A stretch of 63,951 nt of DNA, filler included, from Globobulimina sp. (GCA_003354225.1; 6 parts of 6 records of this genome joined end to end with filler, not necessarily neighbours in it); one strand, 5' to 3'; counted from the whole stretch's first letter, positions 19,550 to 32,469 are shown. Notes: a model not told the origin generated them from the sequence alone. Numbers and translations are program-made.

Positions 19550-20601
19550 TGGATAGAATTAAATTAATATTAAAGGATATACCCCAATTTCAAATAGATG
19601 ATATTCATTATATTGAGGGTCGCATCATTAATGAAGGGTCATATTACCCTGAAAAAGTAATAACATCTATTCCATTTAAAACTACTTATGATAAAACGCA
19701 AACAATACAAAGGCTTGCTCAATCAAGGGCTTATAAAAGATATTCTATAGTTGCTTATGTTGACGAGAGTGTTGATTTAGATTTGATTGAAGCATCAGAT
19801 AACATTAATGTTGAATATAATAGAAATGGGGATCCTGAACCATGGCAAATAAAACTATTATCAATAAGTGAAGGCGAATTATCTGCAACCAAAAATAAAA
19901 AGTATGAAATAGATTTTTATAGGCTGGAATCAGATAACGTAGTCAAGAATGATTACCTTGAATCGAACTATTTAAAAGAAAGGTTAGATAATGGTTATAT
20001 TTCTGAGTTGGTAGATATTTTTATTACATCGACAAAATTTAAAACAGCAGAATATTTGACCATGAAAAACGGTATTCTTACATTTACTTATACAAAGGAT
20101 ATGAGTTTGTTTCTGGATGCTGAATCTGTTACGGTTGACTACACGACAGAATATAATGAAAACTTTACGGTAACGGGTCAGATAATAGGAATAAACACTA
20201 AGGAAGTAATTATTGATACTAGATTATCTGCACTTAATTTAACTGGAGAATTTACATTCGAAAAAGAAAATGCTAATAATAAGGTTGCATTTCATTTATA
20301 TAGTGCTTTAATATCTGAAGTAGAAAGAGATTCAGGAAACCCGACAACAATATCAAATGAAGGTAGTGAGTATTATATAAATAAACTAACTTACAATCAA
20401 CTTAAACAAGTGTTGTATTTAAAGTTGGAGGATGTAAATTTGCTTGAAAAATATTTAAATGCAGATATAAAAATAATATCAAACGGCAGTACATACTATC
20501 ATAACAGGAATATGTTAGCGACACTGAGTAAAGATGCAAGTGGGTTAATAGATTTGTATAAGTGTGATTTATTGATTAAATTTGCTAAAGTAGTTATTTA
20601 G
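19549..20601 (+). CDS. Putative minor tail protein, 350 aa
   Basis: TAATG coupling; position in the module. Confidence 0.45.
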   Translation: MDRIKLILKDIPQFQIDDIHYIEGRIINEGSYYPEKVITSIPFKTTYDKTQTIQRLAQSRAYKRYSIVAYVDESVDLDLIEASDNINVEYNRNGDPEPWQIKLLSISEGELSATKNKKYEIDFYRLESDNVVKNDYLESNYLKERLDNGYISELVDIFITSTKFKTAEYLTMKNGILTFTYTKDMSLFLDAESVTVDYTTEYNENFTVTGQIIGINTKEVIIDTRLSALNLTGEFTFEKENANNKVAFHLYSALISEVERDSGNPTTISNEGSEYYINKLTYNQLKQVLYLKLEDVNLLEKYLNADIKIISNGSTYYHNRNMLATLSKDASGLIDLYKCDLLIKFAKVVI

Positions 20602-20615
20602 AATCATTCTAAATT

Positions 20616-21698
20616 ATGGAAAGTTTATTTAAAATATATAAGCAAGGAGAAGAAAAATCATACCAACGAGACGGTAACGATAATAATTTAGCAACATTTA
20701 TACAGCTAGGGGAGTCTGATTACATACCACAAGTCGTCACTAAATATTATGATTTTGACGAAACTCTCGAGATAACATCAATTAGATTATACAGATATAC
20801 AATAACTGAATGCATAACATCATACAGTTACCCGCAACTAATAAGCCATAGAACATTAGATCAAACTATCAGTGCATTCGGGTCTATCGCTAATGTAATG
20901 CCAAGTGATTCAAGCAAAATAAGGTTTGTTTTTAATCGAGTAAGATTTAATAATCCTATCAATGACGGATATATATATGAGTTGGTAATAGCGACCAATC
21001 AAGGTGATTTTGAAAGCGAATTATTTAGCACCTTTGAATCTTATGCAACAATAGCTTTGTTTCAATGTTCTAATGCAAGTATTTCAAACGTTGATTTTGG
21101 TGTTGATCCAGTATTTACAATAGATGTTGAAGAGCTAAATAATATTGCAGGTGATGCTACTATGGATATTAAATGGTTAGTTCCAAGTATTCCGACATTT
21201 GGCAACCTTTATTTTCCTTTCAAATTCGGCGGAGCAAAAGAGGTTGAAGACTCAGAAACAAAAAGCTTTGTAGGGGGTGATACAAAAACATATACATTTA
21301 CATATTCCGATTACTTAGCTCCTGGGGATTACTCAATTCAATATCAAGCTGATTTCGGCAGTTGTTCTGGAACATTGTCCTTTACTGTAGCCAGTTATTT
21401 TAGTATGGATGTTGGTAATAGTGGATGGGATATAGCCGGCGCAACTGGGCTAGATGAAAATAAGGTTATTGATTTTGAATTAACAGTTGATAATAGCTAT
21501 ACTTCTGCTAAATTATGTACAGTTCAATTTAATTGGAATGGTGTAATAAACGAGTTTACGGAATCAGTACCAGCAGGAGGCAGCTACGTGTTTACGAAGC
21601 AATACACAGTTAATAGATATATAGATAATAATATGAGTGTAACAGGTGACGCAGGAGCTAGAGACTTCTTATTGGCTGCTATACCTCCAATACCATAA
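20616..21698 (+). CDS. Putative tail protein with Ig/CARDB-like beta domains, 360 aa
   Basis: GGDTKTYTFTY...APGDYSI and VPAGGSYVFT repeats typical of Ig-like folds. Confidence 0.45.
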   Translation: MESLFKIYKQGEEKSYQRDGNDNNLATFIQLGESDYIPQVVTKYYDFDETLEITSIRLYRYTITECITSYSYPQLISHRTLDQTISAFGSIANVMPSDSSKIRFVFNRVRFNNPINDGYIYELVIATNQGDFESELFSTFESYATIALFQCSNASISNVDFGVDPVFTIDVEELNNIAGDATMDIKWLVPSIPTFGNLYFPFKFGGAKEVEDSETKSFVGGDTKTYTFTYSDYLAPGDYSIQYQADFGSCSGTLSFTVASYFSMDVGNSGWDIAGATGLDENKVIDFELTVDNSYTSAKLCTVQFNWNGVINEFTESVPAGGSYVFTKQYTVNRYIDNNMSVTGDAGARDFLLAAIPPIP

Positions 21699-22078
21699 TG
21701 TTATGACAATAGAGCAGGCTAAAACCATAATTACAGACACGCCACCATTAAAACAAGATTATGTAAATGGGGATGAATATACAATAGCGCAAGAGAATTA
21801 CGACAGTCAGCTGGTTGAGGCATTAAGAACACTGGTAGGCGCATTTCAAGTAAATCAGCTTTGCTGAAATAAGCCTCATCTCTTGTCAATTCTTCCGATT
21901 CGTCAATATCCACATAAGGAATCATTTTAGTTTCAACTGACAATTCCGTTTTAGGATATCTCCTCCCTTTAAATATTGNNNNNNNNNNNNNNNNNNNNNN
22001 NNNNNNNNNNNNNNNNNNNNNNTTAATTAATTAANNNNNNNNNNNNNNNNNNNNNNNNNNNNNNNNNNNNNNNNNNNN

Positions 22079-22676
22079 GGCAACAAATGAAAACTATAAA
22101 GAGTATATTCAATCAATGGTTACATTGAATGCTGGTAATATTGAAACGTCGGAATATATGGATGATATTTTTGATGTTTTGCAGAAAAAGAATGACAAAG
22201 TCCCCAATTATATGAAAAATATGCTTTTGCGATGGGCATTGAGTAGAGGTGATTGGTCATTTTGTTTTGATAAAATGAAGGAAAATGGATCCAAAAATGA
22301 AAGCAATGATATGGTGCGATTTGATGAAATTAATAAAATATTTCCAAACTTGTCAAGATTAGGAGTGAAGAATGAAAATAATGAGAATGAAGATATTGAT
22401 GTTTTGAGAATGAAGAATATTTTGTTTTTTTTTAAACGTTTCACATCTTTGAAAGAAATTTCTTTTATGGATTTCAAATTGAAATATGATACGAAAGATG
22501 AATTAAATGGAATGAAACAAATGGTTGAAAATGTGGGATGGGATATTGATGTAAAAGATGGATCGTTGGGACTCTCAAGCTATTGCTTTGTGACATTCTC
22601 CGTCAAAAAAAAGGCTTTCAATATATTGGAGGATATTCCTGGGATGCAACAATTTAAAGATATTTTAGAATATTAA
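22079..22676 (+). CDS. Hypothetical eukaryotic protein, 5'-partial
   Basis: Frame open from the contig start; IFPNL..L motif loosely resembles the ORF at 32651-32943. Confidence 0.5.
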
Positions 22677-22889
22677 ACTTTTATCACATTTTACCTCTTC
22701 TTTTTTAGAATATTAAACTTCTTTTTTTGCACACAATGGAAGGAATGCATTTAAGTCAGATGTTGAGACGTTGTGATGTTCGGAAGTTGGTGGATAAAAG
22801 TATCGCAGAAATGGATTCTTGTTTCATTAATAATTCAACTTCTGAACCTCTCAAACCTCTGACTTTAGGTTTTGCACTTTAAATTTTGA

Positions 22890-23790
22890 ATGGGCATTGA
22901 TGAAGGTTTAATTGTGGTGCGCAGAATCACGGACGAGGTGAAATGGGCGCATTTATTACGAAGAATAGAATATGAATTTAAAACAGAATCTTTTTTTGTA
23001 AAACATCATACATTTAATGATCTCTTACTTCATCCTAAGTTGATTCTGTCCATCTCCTGTAATTTGCCAAAATATTTTCAAGGCACAAAGCAATTTATTT
23101 CGATGATTATCGCAGATTATGCTCATAAAAACGTCTGCAGTGCGGAAGATATTATCAAAATGGAAATAGCAGATAAATATTACAATTTTTATGAAGGAGA
23201 TACAGATCATTGGTTTTTTAACGGCATTCAAAATCCCGAAAAATTTGACAAATCGTACGCTTCAAAGCAAGAAATATTACATTTTACCAGGTTATGTTTG
23301 AAGAGACCAGGTTATGTTTGAATTTATGCGACCATGGATAGCCTATGAGTTCACTGTTGGAGAACATCCGACATTACCATTATTTGCTCGACATTTCAAA
23401 GGATTCACGTCCAAAGTCTCTGGTAGTTGTCGTGCTGCATCGCCTGTACTTAACAGAGTGGCACAAATTATACAATCATTTTTTCCTGACAATGTAAAAT
23501 ATTTTTGGAATGAATATGAATTTAGTATTTTGCATTATGATAAGAATCGCGATCAATGCATTGATTTGTATACACAATTAGCAAATGGCACAGATCCAAG
23601 AATTGATTCTGTGTGTTCTTTTTGTAAAGGATCACCACAAAACAACCCGGAATTGAAGGTTTGTGGAAATTGCAGATTGGTAAGATATTGTTCTAAGGAA
23701 TGCCAAATTCAACATTGGAAATCACATAAAATGCATTGTAAGTTTAAATTAAAGATTAATCAGAAAGTCAATTATAAACGTTATTATTAA
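22890..23790 (+). pseudogene. zf-MYND protein split into two frames near 23300
   Basis: CSFC...CGNCRLVRYCSKECQIQHWKSHKMHC. A 17-bp direct repeat (ACCAGGTTATGTTTGAA, 23286 and 23306) lies at the frame break. Confidence 0.6.
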
Positions 23791-23887
23791 ATAATTAATT
23801 CAGAACAGATCTGAAAGTTGAAAACTTTTAAATGTCTGTGCTTTTTTATCTAACCATTAACTTTAATACAAAAAAAACGCGCAGATC

Positions 23888-25347
23888 ATGGTCTCTTCTC
23901 TTAATTTTTTGTTGCAAAATATTGCTCTATGTTTGGCACAAATTGGTTCCAGATCGTGGGTACCATTTTATTTAAGCCAACAAGTGATTTGCGAAGAACA
24001 GATGCTGTGCAATGGTGATATGTGCGTAGAAACCTGCATTCCCGGCACTGCAAAAGTCGATAACCATTCATCATTCAGTTTAGCATTCCAAAGATGGTTA
24101 CAATTAAACGCAGCATTCAATACCTACCAATTCCCCGGCACCCATAACTCGCACATTAGTGTCGCATATGGCTTTGCTATCGAATATCATTTGTAGATAC
24201 TTCTGATTTGCATATGGCAGAAGGCACTGATCAATATTTATCCGTCATCGACCAATTAAATATTGGCGTTCGACACATTGAAATTGATATAAACTGGGGG
24301 CCATATGTCACACTCAATTTATCCTCACACATTGTGGTCTGTCATACGCCGGTGGTCGACCCCATTATTCCCGCAACCATACAAATGTGGGCTAATAATA
24401 GGAGTATTCCACTTAACTATGATCCTTTGCACCTTGCTTGCCCCAAACAACATGTTTCGTTTATTGCAGCCATGCAGGAAATTAATGACTGGCTTCAGCG
24501 GCATCCCAATGAACTGGTCATTATATACTATGACACAAAATGGCCGATCGATGCCAGTCAGTCTGGCTGGGGCACTGCTGCGTTGTTAGATATTTTCGGA
24601 GATGCCATATTTACTCCCACCGACTATGAAAATAACAACAACTCCTTTCCCACTGTCAATGCCTTATTGTCCAATGGCAAAAATGTCATAATTGAAACAC
24701 AGACCGCTGGCTGGACCAAACCATATAATAATATGAGTAACAATGTCGTGTTTTATCCGGCGTTATGGGATAGTCCCAACGGACTACAATTTGGTCCGAG
24801 TGAGTTTGTTGAATTTCCGATGTGTACAATCAAGGGTTTATTTACTTATAATCAGCAGCTTAGTCGTGATTTGGGTGATGTTGTAACGGAGGCATCGACG
24901 CGACATCGTCAGTATCATAAAATTGTGGAATCTGTCACGAAATGTGGCGTCAATATCGCCTCCCCGCATATGGTAAATCCGCATGAGATGGATATGTTTG
25001 TCTGGAGCTTCGGCTATGGACAACCGGATGGAAAGTATAAATGTGTAGCACAGAAACCAAATTTGCATTGGGCTACGAAAGAGTGCAGCACAGAGATGAA
25101 CATTGCATGTCTTAATGTCAATGATAATACATTATGGTACGTGACAAAGGAGAAATATTCGTGGAATGAGGCAAATAAAAATGGTGCGACAGTTTGTGGT
25201 GTGAGAGATTATGTATTTGCAGTGCCAACGGATGGATATCAAAATGCATTGATTAATGTTCAATCGTTAGCCAAATATGTTTGGTTAAATGTAAACACTG
25301 ATGACTTTATCAAATATCGTCAACAACATAACATGAAATGGTACTGA
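23888..25347 (+). pseudogene. Secreted PI-PLC X-domain-like phosphodiesterase with C-terminal lectin-like domain; frameshift near 24185
   Basis: PGTHNS in the first ORF and DQLNIGVRHIEID in the second are consecutive PI-PLC-X motifs in different frames; WSFGYGQP...C...W...C C-terminus. Confidence 0.7.
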
Positions 25348-25746
25348 CTGTAACATATAGAAAATACTCAGATTGCATTGGTTCTAGATTGAGTTCTACA
25401 GTTTTCACCCAATTAACAGAAGCAAAGTTTTTTGCCACTGCTAGACATTATTGTCTGTCATATATTTAACAGCTGTGCAATTTGGGTGTTAACAATGAGA
25501 ATGGTTTAAATGATATATATATCAATAATAAAGATTATGGAAAGGCATTCAAGATAAAAAAAAAGCAAATACAGAGCAGCAGTCAGTATTTTCTGTCAAA
25601 ATACTTCAATTGAATTAATATCAGCCGTAGCTGTTATAATACTTCGTGTGTGTTTTTGCATTATGATAGAAATATGGAATATATCCGACAAATTAAGGGT
25701 GTTGGGTCAATTATAGATATTATTTCGGCAACACTCTGAAATAATG

Positions 25747-26723
25747 TTACAGTTCAATATCTCTGCCAACATTTGCAGAGTCTTTATATTCATTTGTTAT
25801 AAACTGCAATTTCAACGCATCAAATAACGAGACAGCAATGACGTATCTTGGGGTTAGCCATAAAACCCTCGCAATCACTCCATCAAAGAATGATAGAATT
25901 CCTTCCGACTTTAAAACACGCATAGCACATTGGAAAGAGTTAGAGAATGGAAACAACTCCGGATTTGCTTTTTGAACTTGCATCCTTGTCTTAACTAAAT
26001 CCAATGGAGACGTAATAACCGACGATGCTGTGCCAGCAATGCAGGATGAGAGTAAAAACGAATTATCACCAAAATATCTTTTGCTTTGCCCATAAAACAT
26101 CCAATAAAATCCATTAAAAGGAGCCCATGTAAATTGATGTATAAAATACGCTCTATAAATACCAAATATTCCTTCTCTTTGCAGGATTGATATAGCCGCA
26201 GATTTGGCTGAATTATAGTTGACATTTGTAGCGATTTGTCCTTGTATTTGACATCTTTCCTTTAATACATCCATTGGAACCCAGGCTAAACTGCCACAGA
26301 GTTGTCCTATTATACCAGATGAGAAATCAACTTTGTATTTGTATCCATTGTATGCGTATTATTGTACCAATTGTATACGTGTACAAACTACAAACCTAAT
26401 GCGGTTTGTTTGGACTTCTCAAATGTTACTTTGGTTGCTTCGACGCCAGCAAAATATAGCGCTGATGCAAAAGGCGCGCCATAGACTACTGCACCAATGC
26501 CCTGCCAAAATGACATGGGACCTTCATTGCGCATCATTGTAAAAGCTGCTTCTATCGGATTTTTGTATGCAATGGTTACCTCGTTTTTCAATGTCTCTGT
26601 CATTGCTTTCTGTGCACCTTGGACTTGCATACGAGTTTTAATTGTTGCTATTGGATGGGTTAATACATCTGCTGTCAAACCAGCAATGCCTCCAATCACA
26701 GGCGTCATATAATAACTATCCAT
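25747..26723 (-). CDS. Mitochondrial carrier (SLC25) protein, two exons; intron 26331-26395
   Basis: Three carrier signatures (PIATIKTRMQ, PMDVLKERCQ, PLDLVKTRMQ). A 65-nt GT...AG intron restores the frame (ALVDFSSG). Confidence 0.9.
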
Positions 26724-26909
26724 GTTTCAAAAGCTGAGTGAACCTTTTAGTAACACAGTTTATTGATGACTTAAAGTTAAAATCTTGTTTAGAAAGATGC
26801 ATAATATAACAAAGGAGACGAAACTTGACAATGAATCTAAACATTTTAAGATTTTCTTCAAGTATAAGTATAAAATATAATAATAAAACAGATTAAATAA
26901 CGTTGAATT

Positions 26910-28249
26910 TTAATTTTCAACATAGTTGTTTTGTTCATTAATTGTTTGTGCAATTTGTGTACACATTTTATCAGCAATATTCTTTTCATAGCAGTAACTA
27001 ATTGGTGCTGTCTTAATAGTGACAGCCATATTTTTCTTATATGTTTGCATCCAAATCACAAATCCATACTCAAAATCTGAATTCGAACGTGTGCTGACAA
27101 CCTCAAATCCTATTTCTTTAATATTGTTTCCTAACATCACTAATGATTCATGAATCGGGTCAGGATTTGTAACATAATTTATTGTCTCCATGTTGTGTTT
27201 AAAATTTAGCAGCGTTGATATGACGGGAAATGTTCGCCAGCTTTTAGCCTTTTTATGCCGCTGCATAGATTTGATAATTATTGTCAATCGCTGATCAAAT
27301 GATAACTCCTTATCCAACGGCAATAATACAGCAAAATAAGAAAGAACATTTCCAAAATCATTATATTCAGTTTGCTTATAAAATTTTCGCTGATTAACTG
27401 GAACTTCTATGACCTTAAATATTTTTGTAAGTTTTTCTTTTTCTTTGCAACCACTTATAATTTGTACCAATGAATGAGATAATACACATAAAAAATACTC
27501 CGCCACTGTTACATGAAATGAATATTTTTTTCTTTGTTTATTTATTAATTCCAATGATAAATTTATGTTACTTATCATTGGCAAATTATATTCTTTACAG
27601 GCTTTACTTTGTGTGAATAAATTGGCTGACTCTTGATTTGCGCGATTGATTCGAATGAAATGAATGAATAAATACATATTCGTCAATGCTAAATATATCA
27701 CCTCACACAACATGTTTATGATTGTTACCAATGAGAAAGAAAACGTTGGATCTTTGTTGTGTACTGTCTTGACTCTGAAAAAATCATTAAATTCATTATC
27801 ATTATTTTGATCATCATGCGAATCACATATAAGTTTAATGAATTTAACCACGGCGGCTCCATCCATTAAACAATGATTTATTCTCAATAATAAAACAGAA
27901 CAATCACTGAATTGAATTAATTTTGCGTCCCATAATGGACCACCATTCACGTGGGGGGGGGACCATTGAGATTGACTTTGATTAATATTTCGCGTAATTT
28001 TGTTGATGAATACTTTTCATTCACTGTAATTTCTTCAACAATGGATTTAAAAGAACTAAAATTTTCAATTGGTTGCAAGTATGTTTCATTGTTGATTTTT
28101 ACCAGTTGGGATTTTAATCCATTGACTTTCAATAATTTCGTGTCAAATAAATCAACCAGTTCTTCCAAACACATTTTTCTTTCAAATAATATCCAATGTT
28201 TAAGAATTTTATTTGAACCTGAATCAAGATAGTTCAATTTCGTCATCAT
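26910..28249 (-). CDS. WS/DGAT- or condensation-type acyltransferase, frameshifted at a G9 run (27953-27961)
   Basis: PLW...LLRINHCLMDG (HxxxDG) and VPVNQR...FGN motifs; one extra base in the homopolymer would fuse the two ORFs. Confidence 0.7.
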
Positions 28250-28475
28250 ATCTTTTGCAATCAGGTAGGAATCGTAGGATAAAAAAGTGAGTGTGTTATA
28301 ACTTTAGAGGTTAAATTTAGAGGTTAAATTTAGATGTTAGTTATAATTAGTTCATAATTAATATCCAAGCAATCGCAGCTACCTGGTACAAAATCAACAT
28401 CCCTAAAAAATATTCATATTTATTTAAAAAAAAACTTTATTTCTTGAAGTGAGCTATTAGTGAAAGTTTCAAATC

Positions 28476-30227
28476 ATGCCAACCACCGAAGAATGGGCAG
28501 CAGCTATTCTTTTCAATACTTTTCATATTATATTATGTTTCCTCATTATTTACTATTTCGTTCGATTTTGTCGGTTTCGTAAAAGCCAAGCGTTACAGAA
28601 ACGATATCCTCCATTGGTTTATCTTCAAACATTATGTATATTTTTTTATGTGGTTCAATGTATATTATACAAATTTGCCTTCATATATGGCGAGAACAAT
28701 AGTACAGGATATATATTAAAGCTATTATCTGAAATTTTTTACATATTCAGTTCACATGGAATGATGCTGTCCTTCGCAGCAAAATCCTATGTGATTTATT
28801 TCAATATAAATTGGGCGATTCAAATGCAAAATAGCCAATGGAGTGTTTATCTCAATTCCGATTTATCGTCGTTTTGGTTTTTACGGCATCACAACGATTT
28901 TGGTTCAAAAAGATATATATATTCATTTGTTTTCATATATTACATTTTGGTGAGCTGTGTGGTCAGTTTTTTATTGACTACAAACTACGGATTTGAAGGG
29001 ATTATCACCAGTTTGTTGTTTGCGATCGAACTTTTTGTCATCGTTTTTTTTTGGAACAAAATACCTCGATTTCATGACGTGTATTATATCAAAAAAGAAA
29101 TTCGAATTTGTAATTATTTGGCATGCACTGCGTTATTACTGTATATCATATGGGTCATTAAAGCCATGTTTGTAGGTTATCAGTTATGGCCTTTCATGAT
29201 TTTTCAATTTTTGTTTGGGTTTTTGACTGCTTCCATTGCTTTGGTAGCAAATACATATATATTTTCAGACAAATGTAAACATTTAATTTATGGAGAAAAC
29301 CCGATGGCAAATTTGGAAAATGCAGGCAAAGCTGTACCGAAAATCGAGAATACATTATGTAGCGATGAATTGCTTCCATTATTTTTTAAACATTTGAGTG
29401 ACGAATTTAGTGTGGAAGTATTATTGGCATTTGTTGAATTCATTCAATTTCAGAATGTGATGCAAACCGATAACGATTTTATGGCTGATGTAGTGACGAA
29501 CGGTTTGGAAGAAACGTTAACAGCAAATGTCGTATTTTCATCAGAGTTGCCTGAAAGTGACATTGTATACAGACAACATGGGAACATTGGCAACAATATT
29601 CGTCGATATTTATTTATTGCACATGATTTGTGTGAGAAATATGTAAGTTCTGGCTCAGAATTTGAAATCAATATAAGTTATAGTTGCAATCAAGCGATTC
29701 TTCATTTTGTGAGAAATTATTGTAATGCTTCGTATTGGTCTGAGGATAGCAGGGCTACCTTGAATATGGCGGAGAAGTCTCGATTGTTTGCATTGTATCA
29801 CAATGCGTCCACAGAACTTTATCGTTTGATGCTGTATTCGCACAGTCGTTTCATTCAAGCTATTTTAGCAGATAAAGACTTTCGTGTTGATACAAAACAA
29901 AATGCTGCACTCAAAAAAATCAAATCCAACAAATCATTGGTACAGTTACAGCAAACGGATTTGGCAAAAAAAGGAAATATTATGAAATCGCTCAGACATA
30001 GAATGAGCAGTTCAGGGAAAATTGTAAAGGAACTTGGTTCTTATTTGGTGAGTCACGATTCGATGGAAGATGTAAAGACTGACATTAACGAACTTCCTCA
30101 AATTTCACGTGCACTGTCCGCCCCATCTCCGAGTGCTGGGAAATATGCAACAAGAGTGGCTGTAAAAAGTTATGATGATATTGCAATTGAGATGGATGGG
30201 GCAAAGGTTGCATTTGGACAAAATTAA
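28476..30227 (+). CDS. 7TM-RGS protein (multi-pass membrane domain plus regulator of G-protein signalling)
   Basis: About seven hydrophobic segments, then FFKHLSDEFSVEVLLAFVE...KYV...SEFEINISY (RGS signature). Confidence 0.85.
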   Translation: MPTTEEWAAAILFNTFHIILCFLIIYYFVRFCRFRKSQALQKRYPPLVYLQTLCIFFYVVQCILYKFAFIYGENNSTGYILKLLSEIFYIFSSHGMMLSFAAKSYVIYFNINWAIQMQNSQWSVYLNSDLSSFWFLRHHNDFGSKRYIYSFVFIYYILVSCVVSFLLTTNYGFEGIITSLLFAIELFVIVFFWNKIPRFHDVYYIKKEIRICNYLACTALLLYIIWVIKAMFVGYQLWPFMIFQFLFGFLTASIALVANTYIFSDKCKHLIYGENPMANLENAGKAVPKIENTLCSDELLPLFFKHLSDEFSVEVLLAFVEFIQFQNVMQTDNDFMADVVTNGLEETLTANVVFSSELPESDIVYRQHGNIGNNIRRYLFIAHDLCEKYVSSGSEFEINISYSCNQAILHFVRNYCNASYWSEDSRATLNMAEKSRLFALYHNASTELYRLMLYSHSRFIQAILADKDFRVDTKQNAALKKIKSNKSLVQLQQTDLAKKGNIMKSLRHRMSSSGKIVKELGSYLVSHDSMEDVKTDINELPQISRALSAPSPSAGKYATRVAVKSYDDIAIEMDGAKVAFGQN

Positions 30228-30583
30228 GAGTGATATATTTGACTTTTTAGGTTCACACTTCTAACACTTCTTTTGTGATTGGCAAGGTTTTTGGGTTAGC
30301 TAGAGTGGTTTTCAACTTTGAATACTAGTCAACTTCGAATACTATGTAGTGATTCTGGTAATATTTAATAAAATTATACTCAAATATGAATGATATCCAT
30401 CATCAACACACAAAAAAATTTCGGGAAACACGAAATAATAAAAAAAAAGTTGCATTTAAAAACCTGACATTTATACTATTTTGTACATGATAATAATTAT
30501 CATGAACAAAATAGTAATGTCGGGTTTAAACATGCAATAAATGGCGCAATGTAAACGCACAAAATCCAAACAAAAAATAATGA

Positions 30584-32469
30584 TCAACACTCAAAAGAAA
30601 TGTCTGATTCTGATTCTGATCCCTCTCCATTATTATTATTGTCACTCCCTGGATTATTATTGTCTGTATTATTTTTTCCATCTTTATTAGTATTACTTGC
30701 ATTGTCTACAACGGGATCATTATATTTAACAATGGAATAAGCGGTATTAATATTAGGTTTATGTTTGCGTGTTTGTGCCATTTCAATTTGCTGTATGCTA
30801 TTATCTGCCAATTGTTGTTTTTGTTTGTTTTTAGTAATATCTGTAAAACAATATTTCATTATAATGAAACATAAACAGCCACCTACAACAATAACAGCAA
30901 ATAACATCACTGTTAATCCGTCAGAGTCCACTGCATTTTTAAATTGTTCTGCAACTCCCACCTCAGATTCAATACTGGTTACATCACTATTAAATGTTGA
31001 TTGTGTTGCAAATTGTGATGGGGCAGGTGTTGGCATTTTGGCTGGGAGCTTCAATTATCAATTTCATTTATTTACCCCTTTGTATACAGAAAATTCAGTA
31101 GCTAGTCATAAAACTGACAATGTCGACCAGAAATGAGGCAAATGCAGGATCATTTGTTGCATTGAAATGGTGGATCGAGGAACACCATAATGCCAGTTAA
31201 TGAACATGTTTATGACCTGACGAACTAGAGTTTAATATTAATGAGGATCTTATCCTTTGAATACAGCAAAACAAATCATTTATCAACATCAGATTATATT
31301 CTATTAATATTAACTGCCGTGATTTCATTTACAGTGCAAATTTGTTCAGTTCTTATTTGGTATCTTACTGAGCCTGATGAGGTTGATGAAACTGCAGTTG
31401 ATATAAAGGCAAATGGTGGAACTTTACTCCACAAAAATGCTAAAATCATTAATTCAATATTTAGAGGTAAAACATGATGTTTTTGAAGTATTTATGCGAT
31501 TTCTTGCATCGTCAGCCATTGTTGTTTACTCTGCGAGACAAATTACTGACAATTTCAATTCATATTTGTTGATGGGATAAAGGGTGAAGTATAGCAGTTG
31601 GCATTGGAGTTGGTTCCATGGTGGGGAAATTTGTAGGAATTGCCGTTGTTGGAAGAGGAAAAGAAATATGATTCGTAGTTGGAAACCCGGTTAGAAGACC
31701 GTAGTGATAACCAAGTTGATAATCTGAAGTACATGTCATATCTTATCCATTTTTACAAAATAACGTATTTGTTGCGCTGGGATTATCGTGGCATGAGTTC
31801 CAACTTAATGCAGTACACATAACTGTACATTGGTCATTATCTAAACCGCAATAAAAGGCCATATATGCACAAGAACCTGTAAGTTGAGTATGATGAATAG
31901 GCTGACATTCTAAAGATGCGCTATATATATCCAAATACCAACATGCTGCACAATAAATCATTAATTTAAGATCATTATTGGCTCCGTCAATATATGCTTG
32001 CATGTAATTACACGAGAAAACATACGCAGGGCAATGTAATGTTACATTTGTAAGAGCAATTGCAGTTAATTTCGATTGTTTACATGATTCGAAACCTGAA
32101 CACATGACAGATAATGATTTAATTACTGGCGATACGTTGTCATACGCAATACTTTGTATGTTAGAATAACTTCACGCTTCTCGTCCAGAACATGAAATGG
32201 AAGTCGTATCGGCATAATAGCTCTGAATGTCAATGTATTTGCAGGCATAATCTACTCTGCAATTTACAATGTATTCTTTTGAATGGCATTCGATGTACTA
32301 TATGAGTTTTGAGTGTTGCAAATGATAAATTTGTATTTGTAATGTAATAATCGCCAGTTGAATTGCGTATTGTTGGTGCAATGCATCCAGAACCGAATAA
32401 AGTGTCAACATTCAATGACAATGACAACGACAACCACAGAAACAAGAGTTTGAAAAGACTTGCCATCAA
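30584..32469 (-). pseudogene. Degraded Cys-rich type I surface protein
   Basis: Signal-peptide fragment (32230-32469), C-x-G-x-x-S-C fragment (31743-32105), P/T stalk remnants and TM plus tail (30584-31054), broken by stops and frameshifts. Confidence 0.55.

Larger units (their letters stand above)
11225..21867 (+). mobile_element. Tailed-phage neck and tail morphogenesis module, probably from a Bacteroidota phage
   Basis: Eleven or twelve co-oriented, overlapping or abutting intronless genes, including a tape measure gene; intrinsic terminator; no obvious Shine-Dalgarno motifs. Confidence 0.85.

Noticed and set aside
27953-27961. Programmed frameshift or phase variation at the G9 run
   Set aside because: A homopolymer sequencing error or simple mutation is more parsimonious.
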